DNA of 64,000 nt from Bacteroidales bacterium UBA4814 (GTDB taxonomy: Bacteria; Bacteroidota; Bacteroidia; Bacteroidales; UBA7960). Below the pieces are notes generated by a model. That model was not told where the DNA came from, did no database searches, and saw nothing but the letters and a program-made list of their open reading frames with translations. Position numbers and translations under genes: made by a program. The stretch is taken from the NCBI GenBank assembly GCA_002402465.1, contig DHFW01000009.1, positions 14,553 to 78,552 on the forward strand. The letters are read 5' to 3'. Positions 1 through 8,205 of this stretch are shown here, one piece after another. How positions within the stretch are numbered: the first letter of the stretch is position 1; each line of letters begins with the position of its first letter.

Positions 1-100
1 CAAATTCTTCCTCCGCAAACTGTCTGCTTATGGAGGACGTTTCTGAGAAGTTGAGCTTACAGCCCAGGGTGTGGAAAGCAATCTTTTTTTTATTTCCCAT
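1..100 (-). CDS. N-terminal fragment of a radical-SAM methylthiotransferase (MiaB/MtaB-like), truncated by the window edge
   Basis: The reverse complement of 1-100 reads MGNKKKIAFHTLGCKLNFSETSSISRQFAEEEF. The AFxTLGCKxNxxE opening is typical of the N-terminal domain of MiaB/MtaB enzymes. Only 33 codons are visible. Confidence 0.5.
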   Translation of the reverse strand, partial: MGNKKKIAFHTLGCKLNFSETSSISRQFAEEEF

Positions 101-174
101 AAGGGTGCAAAGTTAATCAAAGCTTCCCTAAATCCGGCAAGCCCTCAAATCGCCTGATTGGTTTGCCCGTGAAA

Positions 175-1158
175 TTACTCCCCTTCAGGTAAAGCAAACC
201 TTTTTAGTTTTTCCGGCAGTTTGTCGAAGTAAGCGTTTGGCGCTGGGACCACTCCTGGTTGCCCGAGTTCTTCCAAAATTTTCAGGCCTTTTTCGTTGTC
301 GAGCAGAAAGGCGGCAAAGGCTTCGGCCAGTTCAATGTTTTGGGCTTTATGAGGTATGGTGAGGCCATAAATCATTGGCTGACCGATCTCGGTTATGGTG
401 GTTCCGGGGCTTGTTCCCAAGGTCTGAGTGCTTACCTGTGCATACCATTCTTCCAGTTCGGGGTCACCCAGGCTTAACTCGGCCGGAAGTCGCAGGTAAG
501 GAAGTTTATGCTGCTGCGCCACGCTCCGGTACAGGAAAATATAGTCGATCTGCCCGCTTTCCAACAGGGCAATCAGGTCGGTTTCCTTGGGGCGGATGTT
601 GCGCAGGTCCTTTTCAAGCAATTTTCCCGGAAGGGCATCATCCTCATAAAAAATACCAGCCAGTTTTGATGTAAATACGGCTCTGACGCCACAGGGGTCC
701 TGATCGGGGTCACTGCGGCCAATCTGCACCTCGGGGCGCAGCAAAATTTCAAACCAGTTATCCAGACTAATCTCGCCGGCATAGCGCGATTTTTCGGTAT
801 ACACGATGGCCATTTCGTTGGCGGCGAACTTCATGTTCCAGCTGGCGTTATCGGGAATGAGCATGTGTTCGATTACCATGTAATCGGCCGAAAGGTAAAG
901 GTCGCAGGGGGTGTCTAGTTCCATGATACGACGTGCGCCGGCCTTGCTGCCCCAGGCTTCGGTAAGTATGCGCACGTTGGGGTATTCGGCCTTGAAAGCC
1001 TCGCTGATGCGCTGCACCGGGTAGGTGAGGCTTCCGGCATGAATGATATGAAGGGTGCCTGAAAGCTCGCCGGCGCCATTGCCTTCAGGCTGCCCGTAAC
1101 GGCACGATGTAAGAAAAAGAAAAAATAGACCGGTAATGACAATAAGCAGTTTTTTCAT
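175..1158 (-). CDS. wtpA: WtpA/ModA-class tungstate/molybdate periplasmic binding lipoprotein, with no adjacent ABC permease or ATPase
   Basis: 327 aa ORF with a lipoprotein signal (LFLTSC). It carries HIIHAGSLTYP, DLYLSADY and DPDQDPCGVRAV motifs that match my recollection of archaeal/bacterial WtpA oxyanion-binding proteins. The next gene downstream on the minus strand is the unrelated mtaB-like gene. Confidence 0.7.
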   Translation of the reverse strand: MKKLLIVITGLFFLFLTSCRYGQPEGNGAGELSGTLHIIHAGSLTYPVQRISEAFKAEYPNVRILTEAWGSKAGARRIMELDTPCDLYLSADYMVIEHMLIPDNASWNMKFAANEMAIVYTEKSRYAGEISLDNWFEILLRPEVQIGRSDPDQDPCGVRAVFTSKLAGIFYEDDALPGKLLEKDLRNIRPKETDLIALLESGQIDYIFLYRSVAQQHKLPYLRLPAELSLGDPELEEWYAQVSTQTLGTSPGTTITEIGQPMIYGLTIPHKAQNIELAEAFAAFLLDNEKGLKILEELGQPGVVPAPNAYFDKLPEKLKRFALPEGE

Positions 1159-1264
1159 GTGATTTTTTTATTAAAGTTACTAATTCCCCGTTAACACACA
1201 ACGACCACCGGGAGTAAGGAGCTCGCCGGTGGCCTGTTGCAACGGTTAAAAAAAGGAGAAGTGA

Positions 1265-3556
1265 TCAGAAAACAAATCTGATTTCTGCGGTAATCATTCT
1301 TCCGGGAGCTATTACATTACGCGAGTCAACAAAGTCGGTGTCGAAAAGGTTATGCACCATAACGGCAGCCGAAAAGCCCCGGTAAATTTTACTTTGTATC
1401 TGCAAGTCAACACTCGAGTAGGATTCGATCAATTCAGTATTGGCATCGTTGAGCCACTGGGCGTCCTTGTAATTGTAGGTAGCGTAGAGGCTAAACCATT
1501 TGTTTTGCCAGTTCAGTCCTGCGTTAAAAAGGTTTCTGGGCTGGTAAACCAGTTCGTTGCCTTCCAAAGCCAGGTCTTCATTGGGGTCAAGTACTTTGTA
1601 CTCCAGTATTTCGGTATCGGTAAACGCCCAGGCAGCGTGTAAGGCCAGGCTGCGGCTGATCTGATAGTTGGCGGCAAGTTCGGTGCCGAAAATTTCAACT
1701 TTTCCGATGTTATCTTTTTTGCGGATAGGGCGCATGCGATTGTTCATTAGCAACGAGTCGCCGGTTGAAATGTATGCATGGTAGTCGCTTCCTGTGGCAT
1801 AATATATCGTGGGCGACACTGTGAGGCCCTTCACGGGGAACAAGTCGGACCCCAGCTCGATATTATCCACATATTCGGGCTCGAGGTAAGGGTTGGCGAT
1901 TTTCATACCGCCCGAAATGCGGCCGGTGCGGCACATGTCGTCGAGTACCGGCGCTCTGAAACCACGGCTGTAGCCGGCAAACACACGGTAAGCGCCTTCG
2001 TTGTAATACTGCACCGACAGCCTGGGGCTGATAGCGCCCCAGGAAGCATCTTCCAGGTCGCCATCAAAATTTTGCAGGAAAGCAGTTTCGCTGGTTGGAT
2101 CGAGCACTCTGAAGGCGCCATCATAAAAGCTGGCAAAATCGTAGCGCAAGCCGGCAAGGATACGCCAAGGCCCCTGGCCCGGGTTATATTCATCCTGGAT
2201 AAACAAGCCGAACTGGTTCATTTTGCCCAAGTTGAGCACCTGGTCGGAGGAGGTCAAATAAATGTCGGCCCCATCCACGGCCCCGTGCCTGATGTCGAGC
2301 CCGCCCAGCAGCGAGTGGACTGAAGCCAGGTTGAGGTTGAGGCTGCTGAAAAGCCCCAAATCGGTGCGGATCGACTCCACATCGTAGCGGGTTAGCTGCG
2401 CGCTTCTTACGCTTTCGCGGATGTTCTGGTAGTTTTCGCGCTGGCCGTAAGCGGTCAGGTTCAGGCTCATTGCTTCCGAAAACTTACCGGTGTAATTAAT
2501 GCTTCCGTTCAGTGCTTCGTAGTTGTTGAACGAACCTTCGGGTGCGGCCATTTCAAAGCCTTCGTATTGCGATCCGGTACCGCGTTTGCCGTTGTAAAAG
2601 GCCAGGCCGCCTTCAAGCAGGTGGTTGTCAGAAAACAGGTAACCCATTCGCCCCGAAGCACAGTATTCATCAAGAAAGGAAGCAATGGTAAATTCATCAA
2701 TTTCGTCCTGTGGAGCGGTAATATAGCCATCGCTCTGGCGGTAAAAACCGCTGGTGCGCCAGAACATTTTGCCGCTGCGGCCAGAAAAATTGAGATTGGT
2801 GCGGCTGGTGCCGAAGGTGCCTATCGACTGCCTTATGGCTCCTTGAAGGGGTTGGGTTGGAATGCCACTGATAAAGTTTATGACGCCACCCATGGCATTG
2901 CCTCCGTGAATGGACGAGCCCGGCCCTTTGAGCACCTCTATCTTTTCGATGTCCAGGGCATCAATGGCGTTCCAGTTTACCGAACCCCCATCGGTTTTGT
3001 TCAATGGAACCCCATCTTGCATCACCAAAATGCGGCCTTGTTCATTGCTCATGCCGCGCATGGAAACGTTGGCCGACGACAAGAAAGATGCTCCACGGCT
3101 TACATTAAGGCCTGGCAAGCTTTTGAGGTAATCATCGGCCGACAGGGCAGGGGTGGCCTCTACACGGGCTTTGTCAACAACATCCAGCCTCAGTGGCACC
3201 TCGTAAAGCTCGCGACTGGTGCGCGTACCGGTAACCACCACTTCGGGCATAAGTCCGCTGGACGGGGTTAAAATTATTTCAAGCGTGCCCGGCTGGGTGC
3301 CTACATTTACTTTTGTGGTTTTGGTTTCGTAGCCCACAAAGCGAACTTCCAGATGGTAATCGCCCGGCTGGCTCAATCGCAGTTCAAAACTTCCGTTGCT
3401 GGCACTCACCGTTCCCTGATTTGTTTCCCTTACCATAACGGTGGCTCCGGGAAGGGTTTGCCCGCTATTATCCTTTACAACGCCACGAAGGCTAACCTGC
3501 GCAAACAGCGACTGAGCGCTAAAAAGAAAAACAAAAAGTAAATAACTGAACCTCAT
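1265..3556 (-). CDS. TonB-dependent outer-membrane receptor with an N-terminal carboxypeptidase-regulatory-like domain
   Basis: 763 aa with a signal peptide. It has a CarboxypepD_reg-like segment (VSLRGVVKDNSGQTLPGATVMV...GYETK) and plug motifs (IEKIEVLKGPGSSIHGGNAMGGVINFIS). The beta-barrel C-terminus ends in an aromatic residue (EIRFVF). No SusD partner is present. Confidence 0.85.
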   Translation of the reverse strand: MRFSYLLFVFLFSAQSLFAQVSLRGVVKDNSGQTLPGATVMVRETNQGTVSASNGSFELRLSQPGDYHLEVRFVGYETKTTKVNVGTQPGTLEIILTPSSGLMPEVVVTGTRTSRELYEVPLRLDVVDKARVEATPALSADDYLKSLPGLNVSRGASFLSSANVSMRGMSNEQGRILVMQDGVPLNKTDGGSVNWNAIDALDIEKIEVLKGPGSSIHGGNAMGGVINFISGIPTQPLQGAIRQSIGTFGTSRTNLNFSGRSGKMFWRTSGFYRQSDGYITAPQDEIDEFTIASFLDEYCASGRMGYLFSDNHLLEGGLAFYNGKRGTGSQYEGFEMAAPEGSFNNYEALNGSINYTGKFSEAMSLNLTAYGQRENYQNIRESVRSAQLTRYDVESIRTDLGLFSSLNLNLASVHSLLGGLDIRHGAVDGADIYLTSSDQVLNLGKMNQFGLFIQDEYNPGQGPWRILAGLRYDFASFYDGAFRVLDPTSETAFLQNFDGDLEDASWGAISPRLSVQYYNEGAYRVFAGYSRGFRAPVLDDMCRTGRISGGMKIANPYLEPEYVDNIELGSDLFPVKGLTVSPTIYYATGSDYHAYISTGDSLLMNNRMRPIRKKDNIGKVEIFGTELAANYQISRSLALHAAWAFTDTEILEYKVLDPNEDLALEGNELVYQPRNLFNAGLNWQNKWFSLYATYNYKDAQWLNDANTELIESYSSVDLQIQSKIYRGFSAAVMVHNLFDTDFVDSRNVIAPGRMITAEIRFVF

Positions 3557-3626
3557 GATTTTAACAATTTTAGAAAATAGACTTTTTAATTATTGAAGCG
3601 AGTTGTAAATTTTACATATCGGGTTG

Positions 3627-3652
3627 CAAAGATAGCGTTATGAAAATAACGC
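3627..3652 (-). promoter_or_regulatory. Putative promoter (-7 box TATCTTTG on the minus strand, 3627-3634) abutted by the inverted repeat GCGTTAT-N4-ATAACGC (3635-3652); candidate ModE-type operator of the TBDR-wtpA operon
   Basis: Read directly. The plus strand is caaagata|gcgttatgaaaataacgc. The arms are a perfect 7-bp inverted repeat and resemble the CGnTAT...ATAnCG outer arms of the E. coli ModE operator. The site lies 71-96 nt upstream of the TBDR start codon. Confidence 0.45.
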
Positions 3653-3671
3653 ATAACGGTTTTCAAAAAAA

Positions 3672-4052
3672 TTATTTGGGTTTATGGATGGAGTTTAGTT
3701 CGTCGAGCAACTGTTGAAAAATGCTTTTTACCGAAGGCTCAAATTCGTGGTACACCTTATCGAAAAACTCTACGATTTTTTCACCCTGGGGGGTCAGGGT
3801 AGTTTGTCCGCCTTCGGCACCCCCACGTGTTTTTTCTATTATGGGGAAGCCAAGTTTTTCTTCAATGTTTTTCAGCTTGGTCCAGGTTTGGCGGTAGGTA
3901 AGGCCCATGCTTTCCACTGCAGCCTTTAGCGAGCCGGTTTCCTTAATGGCTTTCAGTAATTTCCACTTGCCTTCGCCCAGAATGCTCACATGGGAGTCGG
4001 TTTCGACCCATATTTTGTAGTTCAGCTTTAATTTTTCGTAATTTTTTGACAT
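3672..4052 (-). CDS. ModE N-terminal-domain-like winged-helix transcriptional regulator, short form without Mop/TOBE domains
   Basis: 126 aa. The stretch GEGKWKLLKAIKETGSLKAAVESMGLTYRQTWTKLKNIEEKLGFPIIEKTRGGAEGGQTTLTPQGEKI follows the ModE_N pattern (GSI..AA...G.SY..AW......GG..GGG..LT..G). The protein ends before any molybdate-binding Mop domain could occur. Confidence 0.7.
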   Translation of the reverse strand: MSKNYEKLKLNYKIWVETDSHVSILGEGKWKLLKAIKETGSLKAAVESMGLTYRQTWTKLKNIEEKLGFPIIEKTRGGAEGGQTTLTPQGEKIVEFFDKVYHEFEPSVKSIFQQLLDELNSIHKPK

Positions 4053-4099
4053 GGCAAAGGCACAAAAGTTTTTACAATGTTAAATAAAATTGGCCATAT

Positions 4100-4123
4100 C
4101 GTTTGAAAATAACTTTAATTTTG
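4100..4123 (+). promoter_or_regulatory. Putative promoter (-7 box TAATTTTG, 4116-4123) preceded by CGTTTGAAAATAAC (4100-4113), a near copy of the operator-like element at 3635-3652
   Basis: Read directly. CGTTTGAAAATAAC differs from CGTTATGAAAATAAC at 3636-3650 by one missing base. Both elements sit immediately upstream of a TAnnTTTG box. Confidence 0.4.
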
Positions 4124-4172
4124 CCACCGACTTGCAATGAATTTCATATCGATATTTTCAATTAAAACCATT

Positions 4173-5246
4173 ATGATTCAACTAAAAAAAACCGCTGTGG
4201 CCTGGTTAATCCTTTTGGTATTTTTTATGGGAAGCTGCAAAAGTATTTTGCCCGATGCCCTTACTGGTGCTTCACTGCCTTTTGACCCCAATGGCAACAG
4301 CCTCTACCATCAAACCAAAGAAACAGCCATGGAGCCCGGCACCCTCGAAGTTTTTGGCGAGGTGGCCGAACCGGGTAAGGTGAATCTGAAAAAATTCTAC
4401 AAGCGCGAAGTCGTAATGCGCGAAGCAAATTTGCTCGAAAACGGCGAGTATGAGTTTGTGGGTGCCTACCGCTACATTGGCTATTCGCTCTTCGACTTGT
4501 TGCATCCTTTCAATCACCAGAAAAAAAATGTGGAAGAATTCCGGCCGGCCATCGACTTGTATGTGGTCATTGAAAACGACAAAGGCGAGTCGGTAACCCT
4601 GAGCTGGGGCGAGATTTACTTTACCGCCAATCCACATCAAATATTGATCGCCACCGAATCAGCACCTATCAAACCCTACCATGTTGATGTAGATTACCCG
4701 GTTGAGAAGCAATGGAAGCTGGTTGTGGCCACTGATCTTTACGCCTCGAGGCAACTGATCAATCCGGTAAAAATCACCGTGAAGTCATTCGATAAGAAGA
4801 ATTATGTCATTAACCGCGACCTCGACCCGCTTTATTCGCCCGAAGTGGTAATCAGCCTTGCGGATACTTTGACCTTTTCTGTAAACGAATACACGGCCGA
4901 AATGAACGACCTGGAACACCGCACCATTTTTTACGGCATGGGCATGGGCCATCATCCCAATCCAATTTTCAGCGGAACCTCGCTTACCAAGGTCTTCTCA
5001 AAGCATATCGACCCCTTGAATCATCATTTGTTCAGGCACGGCCTGGTTTGCTTTGCCGGACTCGATGGTTACCGCACCGTGTTCAGTTATTCAGAGCTGT
5101 TTAACCGTCTCGATCAGAACCCTGCCATGCTAATCGTTACTGAAGAAGGTAGCGATGGCGGGCGCTACCGCATATTCCATCCGCTCGATTTCTACGCCGA
5201 CCGCTCGGTAAAATCTTTGGCAGAAATGTACATTTTTACTGAATAG
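4173..5246 (+). CDS. Lipoprotein with two tandem sulfite-oxidase-fold (molybdopterin-oxidoreductase-like) domains
   Basis: The ORF track starts at 4137. The internal Met at 4173 gives a clean lipoprotein signal (MIQLKKTAVAWLILLVFFMGSC). Two segments follow the Oxidored_molyb pattern. The first is YIGYSLFDLL...DLYVVIENDKGESVTLSWGEIY...WKLVVATDLYASRQLINPVKITV. The second is FSGTSLTKVF...LVCFAGLDGYRTVFSYSELF...PAMLIVTEEG...GGRYRIFHPLDFYADRSVKSLAEMYI. Confidence 0.45.
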   Translation: MIQLKKTAVAWLILLVFFMGSCKSILPDALTGASLPFDPNGNSLYHQTKETAMEPGTLEVFGEVAEPGKVNLKKFYKREVVMREANLLENGEYEFVGAYRYIGYSLFDLLHPFNHQKKNVEEFRPAIDLYVVIENDKGESVTLSWGEIYFTANPHQILIATESAPIKPYHVDVDYPVEKQWKLVVATDLYASRQLINPVKITVKSFDKKNYVINRDLDPLYSPEVVISLADTLTFSVNEYTAEMNDLEHRTIFYGMGMGHHPNPIFSGTSLTKVFSKHIDPLNHHLFRHGLVCFAGLDGYRTVFSYSELFNRLDQNPAMLIVTEEGSDGGRYRIFHPLDFYADRSVKSLAEMYIFTE

Positions 5247-5299
5247 TTTAGGAAGTAAACTAATTTTGTTGCTTTCTTTCCGGATAGTTGTAATATGCT

Positions 5300-6262
5300 A
5301 TGAAAGACAACAAGTTTGTTTTTGCCCTTTTCCTGGTCATGTTGCTTGCCTGGATTTTTCCGGGTCCGGGCGCGCCTGATAGTATTATTCCATTAAAAAC
5401 CATTGGCAGCATTGGTATTTCACTTATCTTCTTTTTTTACGGGCTGAAGCTGAGTCCTGAAAAGCTTCGGGCGGGTTTGAGCAACTTCAGGCTTCATTTA
5501 CTGGTACAACTGTCAACCTTTTTGTTGTTCCCACTGATTGTCTTGCCTTTTTTTCCGCTGATGAAAACCGAAAGTCAGCAAACGCTCTGGCTGGCCTTGT
5601 TTTTTCTTGCTGCTTTGCCATCAACGGTTTCCTCTTCGGTGGTGCTCACTTCACTGGCAAAAGGGAATGTGCCTTCAGCCATTTTCAATGCCAGTATTTC
5701 AGGCATTATTGGCATTATGGTTACTCCCCTTTGGATGGGCTTGTTTATACATGCAAAATCAGGCGACTTCGACTTCTCTCAAATCTATTTTAAACTTTTC
5801 CTTGAGATTATTTTGCCTGTAATCATTGGTTTGTTGCTCAGGCCGTGGTTGCACCAATTTACCATTCGATTTAGCCGGCAACTTACTCTTTTCGACAAGT
5901 TGGTCATTTTGCTGATCGTTTACCGGAGCTTTGCCGCTTCTTTTCATGCAGGATATTTTGAAGGAATAAGCTGGCCCGACTTGCTTATCCTTCTTGCACT
6001 GGTAATCGGTCTTTTTTTCCTGGTTTATGGAATCATTCTTTCATTAACCAGGGCTCTTGGATTTAATCGCGAAGACCGCATTACCGCCCTTTTTTGTGGT
6101 TCGCAAAAATCGCTGGTGCATGGCAGCGTTTTTTCCAATGTTTTGTTTGCCAATATGTCTGTAGCAGGCATCATGCTTCTGCCGTTAATGATTTTTCACG
6201 CGTTCCAGATTTTTGCGATCAGCGTGATTTCTTCGCGTTACGCAAAGAAGGAGAGAGCTTGA
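5300..6262 (+). CDS. Bile acid:sodium symporter (BASS/SBF-like, YfeH-type) family permease
   Basis: 320 aa polytopic membrane protein. Its N-terminus (FVFALFLVMLLAWIFPGPGA...GISLIFFFYGLKLSPEKLRAGL) and overall layout match SBF-like transporters. Confidence 0.7.
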   Translation: MKDNKFVFALFLVMLLAWIFPGPGAPDSIIPLKTIGSIGISLIFFFYGLKLSPEKLRAGLSNFRLHLLVQLSTFLLFPLIVLPFFPLMKTESQQTLWLALFFLAALPSTVSSSVVLTSLAKGNVPSAIFNASISGIIGIMVTPLWMGLFIHAKSGDFDFSQIYFKLFLEIILPVIIGLLLRPWLHQFTIRFSRQLTLFDKLVILLIVYRSFAASFHAGYFEGISWPDLLILLALVIGLFFLVYGIILSLTRALGFNREDRITALFCGSQKSLVHGSVFSNVLFANMSVAGIMLLPLMIFHAFQIFAISVISSRYAKKERA

Positions 6263-6771
6263 GGTTCAATCCTGTCCTTTAGGATAAAAAAATGCAGGTT
6301 ATTTTTTAAAAAACTTGCATGGTTCAAAACCAATGCATATTTTAGCAAACGTAATTTAAACTAAAACCATTGCAAGTGCAAATTGTGCCCATAACCGTAT
6401 CAAAAGGATGCCGGCACAGCAAAGTTTTGGCATTTACCCCCCTCCCCCCCCTCCTCTGCTAATAGCCTGATAATAAAGATTTCGCATTATTGCAGCCCAG
6501 TCATCCAAACCTTTTTGGTTGATGGGGTTAAGAAAAAAACTCATCTGATTTGGAAGCTGGTTAAGACCAATTTGGCATTGGTAACCCTATGCCGGCGTTG
6601 TGCGTTCCCCGGTGTAGGGCATTAAAAAGGTTTTTGAAACCCTGAAGGGACACCGTGCCAACCATAACACGGTCATGCAGGCTGATCTACCATATTAATG
6701 AAGCCGCAGGCACATTTGTAACCAATGCATTTTTTTGCAAAAAAATTTTTAACTTTTTAATTATTTAAGAG

Positions 6772-7029
6772 ATGAAAAAGCATTTACTTAGAATTACAGC
6801 CGTGCTTACTATTGCCCTTTTCACATTGGTTTTGTTTGGTAACGCTAAACTTGCGGCAAATTGCCCAGGAGGTACCATTTTGGTACATGTAACAGGTCAA
6901 GATATTGAAGAAGAACCAAATGGAGATAAAGTTTTCTGGCAAGCAGGTGGACATTTGGTTTATTGCCCATCAACTGGTATGGTAATAGAGGACCACTCAT
7001 ATTGGTACATATCAATGATCGTTCAATAA
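6772..7029 (+). CDS. Small secreted protein of unknown function (85 aa, about 55 aa mature, two Cys)
   Basis: Signal peptide MKKHLLRITAVLTIALFTLVLFGNAKLAA. The mature part contains NCPGG and YCPSTG. It is followed by a strong intrinsic terminator. I recognise no family. Confidence 0.55.
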   Translation: MKKHLLRITAVLTIALFTLVLFGNAKLAANCPGGTILVHVTGQDIEEEPNGDKVFWQAGGHLVYCPSTGMVIEDHSYWYISMIVQ

Positions 7030-7065
7030 ATAATGACCATTCTTACTGTTCTTTGAGACTCTTAT

Positions 7066-7113
7066 AAACGGCACAAAGCAGGCAATTTTTATCTCCTTTG
7101 TGCCGTTTTTTTT
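7066..7113 (+). terminator. Rho-independent terminator after the 85-aa gene
   Basis: A perfect 13-bp stem, aaacggcacaaag (7066-7078) pairing with ctttgtgccgttt (7096-7108), followed by a T-run. Confidence 0.8.
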
Positions 7114-7134
7114 AAACTGTGAAAAATCTTAAAT

Positions 7135-8187
7135 ATGAAAAAGATGCATTTTTTTAAACTTATCTTAATTGCATTCTTGCTAGGTTCAGCCATTTCCTGC
7201 TCATTTTTCCAAAACCGGAGTGAGAAACCCTTTGTGCTCGATCTTGACGATGTGGTCCAGACCGCCGGCAATCAACCTTTCTTTGCAAACTCTGACACCA
7301 TTATTCTTGATCCAGGAAGTCAGTTAATTCCTTCTTTCGATATTGTAAAGGAACACCATGGCAATTTTTATATATTAGACAAGAGGCAAAAGGCCATTTT
7401 CGTTTTTGATGAAGCCGGTCAATTGGCTTACCAAATTGCCAGGGAGGGCAGAGGCCCCGGAGAATACCTAAATATTTTCGATTTCTTTTTAATGGACGGC
7501 CAACTTCATATTGTTACACAACTTGGCAGGGTTTTGATTTACGACAAGGATTTGTTTATAGCCGAGTATGATCTTCCTTTCACACCAATGTATTGCGAAT
7601 ACCTTGGCGAAAATAAAGTGGCTTTTCAAAATGTTTATGAAGATTTCTCTTATAAATACAGGCTGGTTGTTTATTGTCTTGAAAGAAATGAGATAATTGA
7701 TTCGATGCCAACCGAGAAAGGTGTTGACGATGATTCTTATCCATTCTGGCGGCAAAGACACCTTTGGCCTAGCGGAAACGTTGTGCTTTATAATAATGAC
7801 TACTCGAAAGATGTCTTCATGATAACAAATAGTGGAATAGAACATCTTTTTTCAATGACCGGAGTTATTCTCCACACCGCCGATGAAATTATGGAATTCA
7901 ACAACAACCCAACCTTAAGGCAGGGGAAAAACGACAAAGTGGATTTCTTAAAAGGCTTGACCATGCATGGTAATGTGGTTTCCTTTGGTTTTCAGGTTAA
8001 CTACCTTCCATACACGGTTTTTCTTAATCTAAACGATAATACTTACAAAAGTTTTGAGGCAATAAGACCCCCATATTTCGCAGCCACGGCTCAAGGTGCG
8101 TATGGATTTTGGCCTCGCATGGCACCGCGCCCCGGGCAACCCATGGTCATTATTAATTATACCTTCGAACCACATTTACTTGACTGA
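7135..8187 (+). CDS. 6-bladed beta-propeller lipoprotein (BF3164/TolB-like propeller family)
   Basis: 350 aa with a lipobox (LLGSAISC). It has the GRGPGEY motif and the FYILDKRQKAIFVFDEAGQ blade pattern characteristic of the Bacteroidales 6-bladed propeller family. Confidence 0.6.
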   Translation: MKKMHFFKLILIAFLLGSAISCSFFQNRSEKPFVLDLDDVVQTAGNQPFFANSDTIILDPGSQLIPSFDIVKEHHGNFYILDKRQKAIFVFDEAGQLAYQIAREGRGPGEYLNIFDFFLMDGQLHIVTQLGRVLIYDKDLFIAEYDLPFTPMYCEYLGENKVAFQNVYEDFSYKYRLVVYCLERNEIIDSMPTEKGVDDDSYPFWRQRHLWPSGNVVLYNNDYSKDVFMITNSGIEHLFSMTGVILHTADEIMEFNNNPTLRQGKNDKVDFLKGLTMHGNVVSFGFQVNYLPYTVFLNLNDNTYKSFEAIRPPYFAATAQGAYGFWPRMAPRPGQPMVIINYTFEPHLLD

Positions 8188-8205
8188 AAAAATTAAATCA
8201 CCTGC

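Noticed and set aside
1159-1264. Intercistronic hairpin between the TBDR and wtpA-like genes (ccaccgg...ccggtgg on the minus strand), as a possible terminator
   Set aside because: The 7-bp stem is not followed by a U-run, so I cannot call it a terminator. It may be an mRNA-processing or stability element, but the evidence is insufficient for a separate feature.
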